From a virus (taxonomy: Duplodnaviria; Caudoviricetes): a stretch of 37,050 nucleotides of DNA. Shown one piece after another: positions 16,350-24,721 of this stretch. How positions within the stretch are numbered: position 1 is the stretch's first letter; every line of letters begins with the position of its first letter. The stretch lies in the IMG/VR virus record IMGVR_UViG_3300024251_000148, positions 1 to 37,050 of that record; one strand, 5' to 3'. Made by a program: the position numbers and the translations under genes. Below the pieces are notes generated by a model, which saw only the letters and a program-made list of their open reading frames with translations, searched no databases and was not told the DNA's origin.

Positions 16350-16705
16350 CAGCTGAGCAATTTGTATGCCTCAATTGCCTCTCGGTTGGTGAGCTAAACC
16401 AACACGGACGATGCGGTACTTGCGATAGCGACAGCGTATTGTCTCGCGAGCGTATAGTCAGTGCTTCGCAGACTCCTCGACAAACACCGAAAGACGCCAG
16501 TGTACACGGATACCTAGTCACACATCCGTCGGGATTCGAGACGTTTGTATCCCATACAAACAGAGCAATCGCATACAACGAATGCGCCGATCCCCTGACA
16601 AAGTGGTACGTCTCAGCGGGGATGGAAGTGGACCCAGCTACGCTAACCATGAAGGCGATGACGCGTAACGAATATATTGATTGGATAAAGAGAGAGCGGT
16701 CGTAG
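16346..16705 (+). CDS. Zn-finger hypothetical protein
   Basis: CLNC...CGTC; AGGAG RBS. Confidence 0.75.
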   Translation: MTAEQFVCLNCLSVGELNQHGRCGTCDSDSVLSRERIVSASQTPRQTPKDASVHGYLVTHPSGFETFVSHTNRAIAYNECADPLTKWYVSAGMEVDPATLTMKAMTRNEYIDWIKRERS

Positions 16706-16707
16706 CA

Positions 16708-16809
16708 ATGAGCAAGTCTGATTTAGTTTTCTATGCTATCTATTTTATCGGATTCGCCATCTATCTCGTATTGTTCGGAATCATGGCGTATGAGTTGTGG
16801 CGATATTAG
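16708..16809 (+). CDS. Small single-TM peptide (33 aa)
   Basis: Not in the ORF track. MSKSDLVFYAIYFIGFAIYLVLFGIMAYELWRY fills the intergenic gap. Confidence 0.55.
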   Translation: MSKSDLVFYAIYFIGFAIYLVLFGIMAYELWRY

Positions 16810-16834
16810 CTGAAAGGAAAAAGAGGTGCGAGCT

Positions 16835-17110
16835 ATGACACTGGTATGTCCCATCTGTAACAACACACACTTCGTGTGTGATAAGTGCAAAGCAATGTGT
16901 CCTTCTTCGAAGATTGCCGTTGATGTCGGGAGTGGACATAACTACAAAGCCGGTGATATAGTGTATGGTTGCCTAAATCACCAGTGTCCCGACTTTCTTG
17001 TAGTCAAGGTGAAAAGCCTAAAATCGGGCATAGGGCTGTGTAGGGCGCATAAAATAGCGGGTACGTACCCCCCGCAAGGTGTTGATTCCAAAGGCTTTAA
17101 GACCAACTAG
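16835..17110 (+). CDS. Cys-rich Zn-finger hypothetical protein
   Basis: CPIC, CDKC and CLNHQC motifs; GAGGTG RBS. Confidence 0.7.
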   Translation: MTLVCPICNNTHFVCDKCKAMCPSSKIAVDVGSGHNYKAGDIVYGCLNHQCPDFLVVKVKSLKSGIGLCRAHKIAGTYPPQGVDSKGFKTN

Positions 17111-17124
17111 CCTTCGGCTAGCAC

Positions 17125-17153
17125 TTGACATTATAATAGCGGCCTGCTAGCCT
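17125..17153 (+). promoter_or_regulatory. Sigma70-type rightward promoter
   Basis: TTGACA-17 nt-TAGCCT with an extended -10 TG. An IHF-consensus match (AATCAAcaccTTG, minus strand) lies at 17075-17087. Confidence 0.65.
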
Positions 17154-17201
17154 AGCTTTGCAGCCCGGTTCCCATTTCAAGCTATTCACTGTGAGGATCA
17201 T

Positions 17202-17387
17202 ATGCGATGTAGCAATAAAGCTTGTCCATATCGTACTAAATTCCTTGCATGTAGGAGTTTGGGTATCACTCCAGCTGATTTGGAAGCGGCGTTGTTTGCG
17301 ATGCAATCTGCAATGGAACAATCTGCAAGGCAAGCTAAATCGAGTTCCAAGGTAGTTAAATCAAAACGAAAGAGGAACAAAAAATGA
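17202..17387 (+). CDS. Small basic hypothetical protein
   Basis: GAGG RBS; ATGA overlap with the next gene. Confidence 0.55.
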   Translation: MRCSNKACPYRTKFLACRSLGITPADLEAALFAMQSAMEQSARQAKSSSKVVKSKRKRNKK

Positions 17388-17875
17388 AGCAAAATACAGT
17401 CACGAAAGTGTGGTACGAAGTCGTTGGAGATGGTGGAGAGAAGTCTCGTGCATTTACGTCAGAAGAGGCTTTCAATAAGAAAGTCGCGAAGGCTACGAAA
17501 GATGGCGAAGCCGTGCCTACTCTCGTAAACCAGCTGACGTATACAGTTGCTTTCGCTGAGACTCTCGACGAGGCTCTCGCACTAGCGGGAGGGGATGAGA
17601 GCATCGCCGTCACGCACTTCAACTACGGTTCTAGCTTGCGCCAACATAATGAAGCTAGCGATATGCTCAGCGATCCCAACTTCCAGCCTCAGGATGGTCC
17701 AGTAGATATGGCGTTTTCTGTCGCTGAGAAGAGCGAAGGTCGCCGGAAGCAGACTAATGAGGAGAAGGCTGCGAAGGCTCTCGGTGTTACTGCCGAGCAG
17801 CTCATTGCGGCGCTTGCGAGCATTAAGCAGGCGAATGCAACTCAACAGCCTCAGGTTGCGAATAGCGCCTCTTAG
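17384..17875 (+). CDS. Hypothetical protein
   Basis: GAGGA RBS, 163 aa, Ala-rich. Confidence 0.8.
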   Translation: MKQNTVTKVWYEVVGDGGEKSRAFTSEEAFNKKVAKATKDGEAVPTLVNQLTYTVAFAETLDEALALAGGDESIAVTHFNYGSSLRQHNEASDMLSDPNFQPQDGPVDMAFSVAEKSEGRRKQTNEEKAAKALGVTAEQLIAALASIKQANATQQPQVANSAS

Positions 17876-17884
17876 TTTGTAGTA

Positions 17885-18009
17885 GCATCGCTGAAAGCGG
17901 GCGAGGTATTCCTATATCCTCGCCTCTTCAGTAGTGCAATCTAAAGATATCGTGTTCGCAGCACGAATAGCCTGCGAGGTTGTAGCTATTTAGATTGCAC
18001 TACTGAGGA
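17885..18009 (+). ncRNA. Candidate structured RNA with a perfect 18-bp stem and two apical hairpins
   Basis: tcagtagtgcaatctaaa (17928-17945) pairs perfectly with 17989-18006. An upstream GGCGAGG/CCUCGCC hairpin and an alternative pairing via 17885-17895 are also present. Confidence 0.6.
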
Positions 18010-18045
18010 AACCATTAACAAAGTTAGTAGTTTTAGGTGCGAACG

Positions 18046-18897
18046 ATGGTTACTTGCGATAGCTGCAAGAAGCAAGTTAGGATATTCGTACACGTCTATA
18101 TATCTCGCTCACCGAGTTCGCCAGCGGTCAGTGCGTATCACTGCCCGACTTGCAATACGAATCCGAACGCGCCGTATTTTATGAAGTGTATGGGACCGGG
18201 ATGCTTCGCAGATATACCTGCGGTTGCAGGGTATCAGAAATGCGCAAATTGTACGAATAAGCAAGCAGCGAGACAGCAGCGGTATCAGCAAGCTTCTAAC
18301 TTCGTTGGAGGACCGGGAAGTCGCCCACTTTGTGGAAACTGTCGACAGCATCCGGCATTCAAAGGCGGACTTTGTCTTTCGTGTATGTCCAAAACGCAGC
18401 AAACAAAAAGAGGTGCGAGTATGGCAATAAAGTGTCGTATATTCTGGGACTGTACCCTTGGTGGGTATGTCGTTAGTAGTAGTTATAACGATAAATTCAT
18501 CAACGGCCTGAAGTATGTAATACCAGCGAGTGAGAGGCATTTTGACTCCGCTACGAAGCTGTGGCATTTGACAGAGAATTATGGACAGGTCGTTAAGAAT
18601 ATCGCGGAGACGATGTTCAGCGCCGCTGAGGTTTCTTTCGTATCCAAACAAGTTGCGGAGCAAGCGAGAGCGTCACAGCGAAGCGCTCCTCCTCCGCCCG
18701 TAGTTGGCGTCATGTTGGCTCCTCTCGATAAACTCTTGCTTGAGTTCATGAGGCTATTGCCATACGAGGCAGCTCGGGCTGCTTTCAGAACAGCAGCGAC
18801 ATCCATGCATCCCGATAAGCAAAGCGGAGATGCAACGAAGATGGCTGATTTGAATGCGTTTTGGAATCAAATTTCGAGGGAGGTATATGGGAAATGA
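18046..18897 (+). CDS. Zn-finger plus C-terminal J-domain (DnaJ-like) protein
   Basis: Multiple CxxC pairs; C-terminal AARAAFRTAATSMHPDKQSGDATKMADLNAFW contains the HPD motif. Possible second in-frame start at 18421 with a GAGGTG RBS. Confidence 0.75.
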   Translation: MVTCDSCKKQVRIFVHVYISRSPSSPAVSAYHCPTCNTNPNAPYFMKCMGPGCFADIPAVAGYQKCANCTNKQAARQQRYQQASNFVGGPGSRPLCGNCRQHPAFKGGLCLSCMSKTQQTKRGASMAIKCRIFWDCTLGGYVVSSSYNDKFINGLKYVIPASERHFDSATKLWHLTENYGQVVKNIAETMFSAAEVSFVSKQVAEQARASQRSAPPPPVVGVMLAPLDKLLLEFMRLLPYEAARAAFRTAATSMHPDKQSGDATKMADLNAFWNQISREVYGK

Positions 18898-19634
18898 GCA
18901 AGATTGATCTAAATAAGCTAGCAACCTCCTCGCAGGTTGCAACCAAGCAAACCTTCGCGGATCGGGTGAAGGCAACTCTCGCGAACAGCACTGGTACAGA
19001 CGACGAAGGCAATACGAATCCTCCAGACGAATATGCAGTCCTAGTCCCAAATCGCATCGGTATGATGCTGGATTGCAGTGGCTCTATGGGTGGTTCCTCC
19101 ATCGTTAACCTACGAAGTGCCGCTGAGGAATATGTCATGGCGTGCAACTTCGCGGACACTAGCGTTGCCCTGTATACCTTCGGTGCGCATACAGAGATGC
19201 GAGGTGGCTTGACTCGCTACTCCGGTGCCTTGATTGGCTATATATCGAGGCTACAGGCGCATGGAGATACGCCGATGCACCGAGTAGTCTCCGACGCTAT
19301 CGGCTCACTTCCTATGACAAGAGGCCTCCTCGTCTCAGACGGTGGAGCGAGCGATTGGGGCCATTGGCATGATAAAGATACATTTGAAGGCGATACCATC
19401 CTCGAACAATACAAAGCAGCAGGCATCCCAATTGATTGCGTGCATATCGGACAAGGTACCGATGGTGAGGCGCTTTTGCGCCGAATCGCTGAGAAAACTG
19501 GAGGTATCTTCATTAAGTTCAAAGATACCGGGAACTTTGCGAAAGCATTCAAATTCCTCGCACCAGCGAATCGAGCTCTCCTCGGTGACGGACGTAAGTT
19601 ACTGAAGGAGCTCGGCGCGGATGAGGTACGATAA
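18894..19634 (+). CDS. VWA domain protein
   Basis: MIDAS motif LDCSGSM...GDTPM...LVSDG, plus IPIDCVHIG and LLRRIAEKTGG. Confidence 0.9.
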   Translation: MSKIDLNKLATSSQVATKQTFADRVKATLANSTGTDDEGNTNPPDEYAVLVPNRIGMMLDCSGSMGGSSIVNLRSAAEEYVMACNFADTSVALYTFGAHTEMRGGLTRYSGALIGYISRLQAHGDTPMHRVVSDAIGSLPMTRGLLVSDGGASDWGHWHDKDTFEGDTILEQYKAAGIPIDCVHIGQGTDGEALLRRIAEKTGGIFIKFKDTGNFAKAFKFLAPANRALLGDGRKLLKELGADEVR

Positions 19635-19635
19635 T

Positions 19636-19887
19636 ATGAAAAGAGCAACAACTATCCTTACTATAACATGGGATGAAGAGCGTGTTAAGAAGTGCACAGC
19701 CTTCACCTCAGAAGGCTTCGAAAGATGGAGGAAAGACAGAGGAAAGCAAGTTGTAGTCTTTATTCCACCTGTTGAGAATCGCCAATGTGATGAAGTGGCC
19801 TGGGAAGTAGTCACGGAAGAAGGATTGTCACCGAAACCGTGGGCAGGTCGCGCCTATGTTTGTAGACATATGCTGGATACGGACTAA
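19636..19887 (+). CDS. Hypothetical protein
   Basis: GAGG RBS; fills the gap between the VWA and FtsK genes. Confidence 0.65.
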   Translation: MKRATTILTITWDEERVKKCTAFTSEGFERWRKDRGKQVVVFIPPVENRQCDEVAWEVVTEEGLSPKPWAGRAYVCRHMLDTD

Positions 19888-19888
19888 A

Positions 19889-21013
19889 ATGAACGCCACC
19901 TTAACAGACGAGCAACTGGAAGTCTCCGCGAAGCTAACGATGAAGATGATCGATCTTGGTCACAACGTCACCTTCATACGAGACCAAATAAGCATCGGAC
20001 CTATCGTTACCGTCTATCGATTTGCGCCGAAGGCGTCGACAAAGGTATCTCACATCGAGAGCATGGCGGAGGACTTCGCCATTGCTCTCGGCGTCGAAAA
20101 CGTCTTAGTTAAGAGAATACCCGGTGAGTCTTTCGTCTCTATCTGGGTTCCGAATAAAGAGAGAAACTATGTCAACTGGCGGGACACTATCACAGAGTTC
20201 TCGAAAGTTTCTGGACAAGCATACATCCCCATTAACCTCGGTGTCGACCATCTCGGCCGATCCCATATACAAGATTTATCAAGCCTCCCTCATCTTCTCA
20301 TTGCTGGCAGCACAGGAAGTGGTAAGAGTACGCTCTTATCGAGCATTCTCGCATCGCTTATCTATGCTAAACGAAGCGATGAGGTGCAATTTATTCTCTC
20401 GGACACAAAGGGAGTCGACTTCGGACACTTTGAGGGAGCTCCTCATTTGCTTTTCCCTGTCGCGACGAGCGTATATAAAACTTGTGAGCAGCTCGATTGG
20501 CTCCTAGCGGAGATGGAGCGGCGTCTCTTAATACTCGGAAAACTAGGAGTAAGAAACATACATGAGCACAACCAGAACACGAACCTTAAGCGTATGTCCC
20601 ACATCACTCTCGTCATTGACGAACTTGCGGACCTCCTTGGTGATAGTAGTCGAGCCTCTGCCCAAAGCAATTCGGGTCTCGGTAAGGTTTCCACGCAAAA
20701 AATTAGCGAACTTGCGCGGAAAGCTAGAGCAAGTGGAATTCACATCATTGCCGCCACTCAACGACCGAGTGTACGAGTGGTTAATGGGGATATTAAAGCC
20801 AACTTCCCCGCCAGACTTTGCTTTCGAGTACCCAGTGGTGTCGACTCGAGAACGGTCCTCGGCACCGAAGGTGCAGAATATCTCCTCGCGAGAGGAGATA
20901 TGCTCTACGTCGACCCAAATAGGCCCGGACTCCACAGACTCCACGCACCAATCGCCGATATCAGAGACATCCAAGGAGCAGTCACAGTAGCTACTATGAG
21001 AGAAAGGGGATAA
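19889..21013 (+). CDS. FtsK/SpoIIIE-family DNA translocase, motor domain only
   Basis: PHLLIAGSTGSGKS, LVIDELADL, RASGIHIIAATQRPS, IKANFPAR, DSRTVLG..GAEYLLARGDML. No TM or gamma domain. Confidence 0.93.
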   Translation: MNATLTDEQLEVSAKLTMKMIDLGHNVTFIRDQISIGPIVTVYRFAPKASTKVSHIESMAEDFAIALGVENVLVKRIPGESFVSIWVPNKERNYVNWRDTITEFSKVSGQAYIPINLGVDHLGRSHIQDLSSLPHLLIAGSTGSGKSTLLSSILASLIYAKRSDEVQFILSDTKGVDFGHFEGAPHLLFPVATSVYKTCEQLDWLLAEMERRLLILGKLGVRNIHEHNQNTNLKRMSHITLVIDELADLLGDSSRASAQSNSGLGKVSTQKISELARKARASGIHIIAATQRPSVRVVNGDIKANFPARLCFRVPSGVDSRTVLGTEGAEYLLARGDMLYVDPNRPGLHRLHAPIADIRDIQGAVTVATMRERG

Positions 21014-21015
21014 CA

Positions 21016-21273
21016 ATGAAAATAATGGCAGTGATGAGGCACGTTGGATTCGGTTGTAGAGACTGTGGACGGCCTGTGTTATTCTTTGAGGCTAAGACAG
21101 GAGAGGGAGGATCGTTGCAAATCGTGGACGCTCAAGAGGCATTTCGTTGCCTAACAAAGCACAATATCTATGATATCAAGCACCTCGAAGGCGCTACTTG
21201 TTGGCTGGAATCCTCTGACACAGATGTTCGGGCAGGGAGTACGGTTAAATTCTCAGACTTGACGGGGCTGTAG
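21016..21273 (+). CDS. Hypothetical protein
   Basis: AAGGGG RBS, immediately after the FtsK gene; CRDC motif. Confidence 0.7.
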   Translation: MKIMAVMRHVGFGCRDCGRPVLFFEAKTGEGGSLQIVDAQEAFRCLTKHNIYDIKHLEGATCWLESSDTDVRAGSTVKFSDLTGL

Positions 21274-21305
21274 TACTAGCTGCGGTGCAAAATAGCTAGT
21301 ACTAC
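21270..21305 (+). other. 12-bp perfect inverted repeat at the end of a gene block
   Basis: gtagtactagct...agctagtactac; no U-tract follows. Confidence 0.5.
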
Positions 21306-21341
21306 CACCTAACCCACACAAAACAAACCACTTAAAAGGAC

Positions 21342-21370
21342 TTTACACGCTACTAACAATCCTGTACCCT
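21342..21370 (+). promoter_or_regulatory. Sigma70-type rightward promoter for the replication block
   Basis: TTTACA-17 nt-TACCCT, 9 nt before an ATG that has no SD. Confidence 0.55.
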
Positions 21371-21379
21371 AAGTGCCCT

Positions 21380-21544
21380 ATGGAATCCGAACAGGTGATA
21401 ACCTTCTCGGTATCGGTACGGGAATCTCTTCTTCAAAGCCTGACAAGCAAAGTCCCCCGGTGGGGAGATCGCTCCAAAGTAATTTGCAAGCTAATCGAGA
21501 TGTATCTCAGAGGCGAGATACAGGTGGATCTGAGGAAAAACTAA
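21380..21544 (+). CDS. Ribbon-helix-helix (Arc/CopG-like) DNA-binding protein
   Basis: Not in the ORF track. MESEQVITFSVSVRESLLQSLTSKVPRWGDRSKVICKLIEMYLRGEIQVDLRKN has an alternating strand, a helix and a G-x-RS-x-VI helix. TAATG coupling to the next gene. Confidence 0.75.
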   Translation: MESEQVITFSVSVRESLLQSLTSKVPRWGDRSKVICKLIEMYLRGEIQVDLRKN

Positions 21545-21750
21545 TGAAATATTTTAGAGTGTATCTCATAGATGGGGAGTACATCGAGATTGGGACCGAT
21601 GCAGTAGATAAAGAAGGCAGGCTTTTCGTCACTGCAAACAACTCTCTCGCAGGAGATTGGGTTGAGAATGCAGACTCCTCGGCGGACAGGAAGTATATCG
21701 GTCGCATTGACATCAATTGGAACAACGTTATGTTTATACAAAAGTTGTAG
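21544..21750 (+). CDS. Hypothetical protein
   Basis: True start is MKYFRVYL, after GAGG and a TAATG overlap. Confidence 0.7.
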   Translation: MKYFRVYLIDGEYIEIGTDAVDKEGRLFVTANNSLAGDWVENADSSADRKYIGRIDINWNNVMFIQKL

Positions 21751-22389
21751 GTGAGTAAAATCGAGAAAAAGAAAAGGGTGCGAGCCTTGAACACAGAGCC
21801 TAATCACGACCAGATTCCTGAATCACAACCAGCGACGTGTCGTTTTTGTACCGAAGGTGCGGTAGATTTCTGCCGAAAGTGTGGGCAGGAATTTTGTCGT
21901 ACTCATCGGAGTCGATACAATCCCAAGCTATGCCATAATTGCGTAAGTGACGTCACACTAGATCTAGAATCAGAGCCTCTTATCGACGACGAAGGAACGG
22001 CAAGAAAAGGAAGGCACTTGAAACTAATAGGAGAAGGATGGCCGAATAGCGTAGCGGCGCTTCGCGACATGTCCGAAGATGAGCTAGAGGCTCATATCGC
22101 GGAGCTATCGCTGCGAGTAAAGCGAGCCCAACTTACGCTTGACTACAGCCAAATACTCAAGAGCGCGGCGGAGTTTGATCTCGCTGACAGACAGACATCG
22201 AAAGCAAGGGCAATGAGAACGCGGCGCGAAAACATTGAAAAGGGAGCGTTGAGGCTCAACGGTGTATCCTCGGCTACGCCACCACGTAAGTCGAGAAGAG
22301 CAACCGACAAGATACAGGTACTAATGGATACGCTTGGCCTAGACTACGAGACGGCCAAGGCGCTGTCAGCAAGTTTGGGGAAATCCTAA
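21751..22389 (+). CDS. Zn-finger (B-box-like) and coiled-coil protein
   Basis: CRFC...FCRKCGQEFCRTH...CHNC. Confidence 0.75.
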   Translation: MSKIEKKKRVRALNTEPNHDQIPESQPATCRFCTEGAVDFCRKCGQEFCRTHRSRYNPKLCHNCVSDVTLDLESEPLIDDEGTARKGRHLKLIGEGWPNSVAALRDMSEDELEAHIAELSLRVKRAQLTLDYSQILKSAAEFDLADRQTSKARAMRTRRENIEKGALRLNGVSSATPPRKSRRATDKIQVLMDTLGLDYETAKALSASLGKS

Positions 22390-22460
22390 TGGCTATCATC
22401 CTCGTAATTTGTTTCATGATTATCTTTGATATCTGGCCCTTTACGAAGAGTAAGAGATGA
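22389..22460 (+). CDS. Tiny hydrophobic peptide (23 aa)
   Basis: MAIILVICFMIIFDIWPFTKSKR, with TAATG and ATGA overlaps at its two ends. Confidence 0.55.
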   Translation: MAIILVICFMIIFDIWPFTKSKR

Positions 22461-23482
22461 GCAACGACAAATCATTCTACGAAATCCTCCCAGATGGGAG
22501 GATGGCGTTTTATATCGACGCCACTCTTGTCAAAGACTTTAATATATGCGAGCAACGATTCTTCTACAAACACGTCCGAAACCAACGACCCAAGAGAATC
22601 GGCGGGAAAGAGATAAAGCCATTCTCAATGGCTATTGGAGGTTGGTGGTCGGATTGTATGGAGTCGTTCTATAACGGACTAGGCAGCAACATAGCTCTCA
22701 GCACCGAGCAGATTCAACGCATTGCAATTCAGGCGTGGGCGGACAACGCTATCGATGAAAGCGCTGCGATGCAACCCGACCAATTCGACAAGTTTGGGGA
22801 CCTAGCTGGCGGCGTCTTGATGTTGCAACAGTATTATAATAGCCAATACGCCATCGACAGAGCGAGCTGGAAAGTAGTCGGTACCGAGGCTGGATTCGGA
22901 TACAACAAGGAGGTGTTAGTTGGGGAAACAAACAAAGTCGTCTGCTACTGGGTCGGCAAACCCGACCTCATCGTTATTGAAGGAGATAGACTCCTCCCTA
23001 TCGATCATAAAACAGTTACAAAGATTGATGGGAGAACTATCGGAAAATACAAGCCGGGTCCGCAGATGCCGGGATACTGTTTTGCACTCGAAACTGTCGC
23101 TAACTCCATTGGAATCGAACGGCGTGTTGACCGCTGCGTCGTCAATATCTGTGCGCGAGAGAGACCTTCAGACAAGCCTAGAGACGGTAAAAAGAAGCCT
23201 CGATTCATACGAGCACTCCCTCAGTATACTAGAGAGGAACTTAGTGAGTGGCGATGTCAGATGCTACGAGTCTGCGAACGGTTACGACATTGCTTGATGA
23301 CACAGGATTGGATTTGGCGAGACTCGGCGTGTCATAATATATATATGCGGCCGTGTGAGTACTTGCAAGTGTGCTCAAACACGCCGATGAGCCGAGATAT
23401 TATCCTAGCCTCAAGTTTCGAGTATCAGCCCCCTTGGCGGCCATATCAGGCGACAAGGAAAGAAAAAGAAGGAGATGAGTGA
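22457..23482 (+). CDS. PD-(D/E)XK Cas4/AddB-like exonuclease
   Basis: TE...GKPDLIV...IDHKT and QMPGY. One N-terminal Cys plus a C-terminal C-x7-C-x5-C Fe-S arrangement. Confidence 0.85.
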   Translation: MSNDKSFYEILPDGRMAFYIDATLVKDFNICEQRFFYKHVRNQRPKRIGGKEIKPFSMAIGGWWSDCMESFYNGLGSNIALSTEQIQRIAIQAWADNAIDESAAMQPDQFDKFGDLAGGVLMLQQYYNSQYAIDRASWKVVGTEAGFGYNKEVLVGETNKVVCYWVGKPDLIVIEGDRLLPIDHKTVTKIDGRTIGKYKPGPQMPGYCFALETVANSIGIERRVDRCVVNICARERPSDKPRDGKKKPRFIRALPQYTREELSEWRCQMLRVCERLRHCLMTQDWIWRDSACHNIYMRPCEYLQVCSNTPMSRDIILASSFEYQPPWRPYQATRKEKEGDE

Positions 23483-23760
23483 TGACAAAGCATAGGTTAG
23501 CATGTGTGTATTGTGGAAGGAAATACAAAATAAAAGGACTATCGACGCATCAGTCCTTTTGCAAGAGCCGTCCGGTTGATCCGGTCGCTAATCGGGTAGC
23601 TGATGCAGTCGCGGTCGCTAATGAAATAGCAAGGCCATCTCTGGAGGATAACTTAAGGGAGATCTCATTCCGCGAGCGTGAGGCTAGGATCGAACTAGTC
23701 AAGGTGTTTGTGCATATGGCTCAAACGTTTACGACTATCTTTGGAGAGTGGAGGCCATGA
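23479..23760 (+). CDS. Zn-finger hypothetical protein
   Basis: CVYCGRKY...LSTHQSFC. Confidence 0.7.
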   Translation: MMTKHRLACVYCGRKYKIKGLSTHQSFCKSRPVDPVANRVADAVAVANEIARPSLEDNLREISFREREARIELVKVFVHMAQTFTTIFGEWRP

Positions 23761-24650
23761 TCAATCCCGTCTCGCTCGAAACCGAACCTCCCATCACCAA
23801 GATAAAGATGCTAATCGTCGGTCCGGAGAAAAATGGCAAATCGAGACTGGCTGCTACCGCCCCGAAACCTGTGCTATTCCATGACCACGATAACAGGATT
23901 GAGGCTCTTAATGGATTCAAGGGAGTTTTTGGTATCCCTTACTCCGAACCTCCTTGGCCCAAAACTCCCGAAGCTATCCAAGACCAGCTCGACATACTGG
24001 CCCAACTCGAACAGGACCTTGATTTATCGAAACTGGTCTATAGAGGAAAGCCTCTATTCCCCTCGCTTCAACCTGGTACTATCCTCAGAACCAATGTGCT
24101 GGATAGTACAACCACTCTCGGAGCTAGTGCTCAGAGGTATGTGCTCCATACTACGAAGGATATTCGTAGGGACATTACCATTCCGAATCCGGATCCTCGG
24201 AGAACTATACAAATCCAACTCCCCGGAGGATGGGATGCTTGGAATGCCGAGATGGCTACTGTCGAGAATATTGTACTACGATTCCTCGCACTTCCTGTTA
24301 ACACAATTCTTACTATGCATGAGACTGCCGAAGAAACACCCGACTCTACGTCAGAGAATCCGCGATACACGGGACGTGTGGGTGTATTTCCAGTTAGGTA
24401 CAGACGACTAATCAAATTCTTCAACGAAGTTTGGCGCGTTAAACTAACAGCCGAAGGCGGGCGATATGTACCGAAGGCATATCCGCTTCCTAGCTACGAG
24501 TTCGACTCGGCTACAGCCTTGCTGCTCGACAAGGTAGAAGAGCCGAATATTGAGATGTTGATTCAAAAGCACGAACAGAGGCTCAAGACTGGGTATTCAC
24601 TGGAAGCGGGACCAGGCCAAAAGCAACTCCCGCCGACGGTGAAGCTATGA
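23757..24650 (+). CDS. AAA_24/Sak4-like P-loop ATPase (recombinase-like)
   Basis: MLIVGPEKNGKS, VLDSTT and ILTMHE; lies between the nuclease and SSB genes. Confidence 0.8.
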   Translation: MINPVSLETEPPITKIKMLIVGPEKNGKSRLAATAPKPVLFHDHDNRIEALNGFKGVFGIPYSEPPWPKTPEAIQDQLDILAQLEQDLDLSKLVYRGKPLFPSLQPGTILRTNVLDSTTTLGASAQRYVLHTTKDIRRDITIPNPDPRRTIQIQLPGGWDAWNAEMATVENIVLRFLALPVNTILTMHETAEETPDSTSENPRYTGRVGVFPVRYRRLIKFFNEVWRVKLTAEGGRYVPKAYPLPSYEFDSATALLLDKVEEPNIEMLIQKHEQRLKTGYSLEAGPGQKQLPPTVKL

Positions 24651-24721
24651 GCCTCCTCCTATATTGGGAGCTGTATCTCCGCGATCCCGATATGCCGTAT
24701 TGGTATGAGGGGTGGGAATGA
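24647..24721 (+). CDS. Tiny aromatic-rich peptide (24 aa)
   Basis: MSLLLYWELYLRDPDMPYWYEGWE, with ATGA overlaps at both ends. Confidence 0.55.
   Translation: MSLLLYWELYLRDPDMPYWYEGWE

Noticed and set aside
17042-17070. GGGCGCATAA resembling the XerC arm of a dif site, attractive given the FtsK gene
   Set aside because: No XerD arm (TTATGTTAAAT-like) at the 6-bp spacing, and it lies inside a CDS.
17132-17137. Perfect TATAAT as the -10 of the 17125 promoter
   Set aside because: It is only 1 nt from TTGACA and has no -35 of its own; TAGCCT at 17-nt spacing fits better.
22457-23482. Cas4-like nuclease as a sign of a CRISPR system
   Set aside because: No repeat-spacer array or other cas genes seen. 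Solo Cas4-like nucleases next to Sak4 and SSB are ordinary phage recombination genes.
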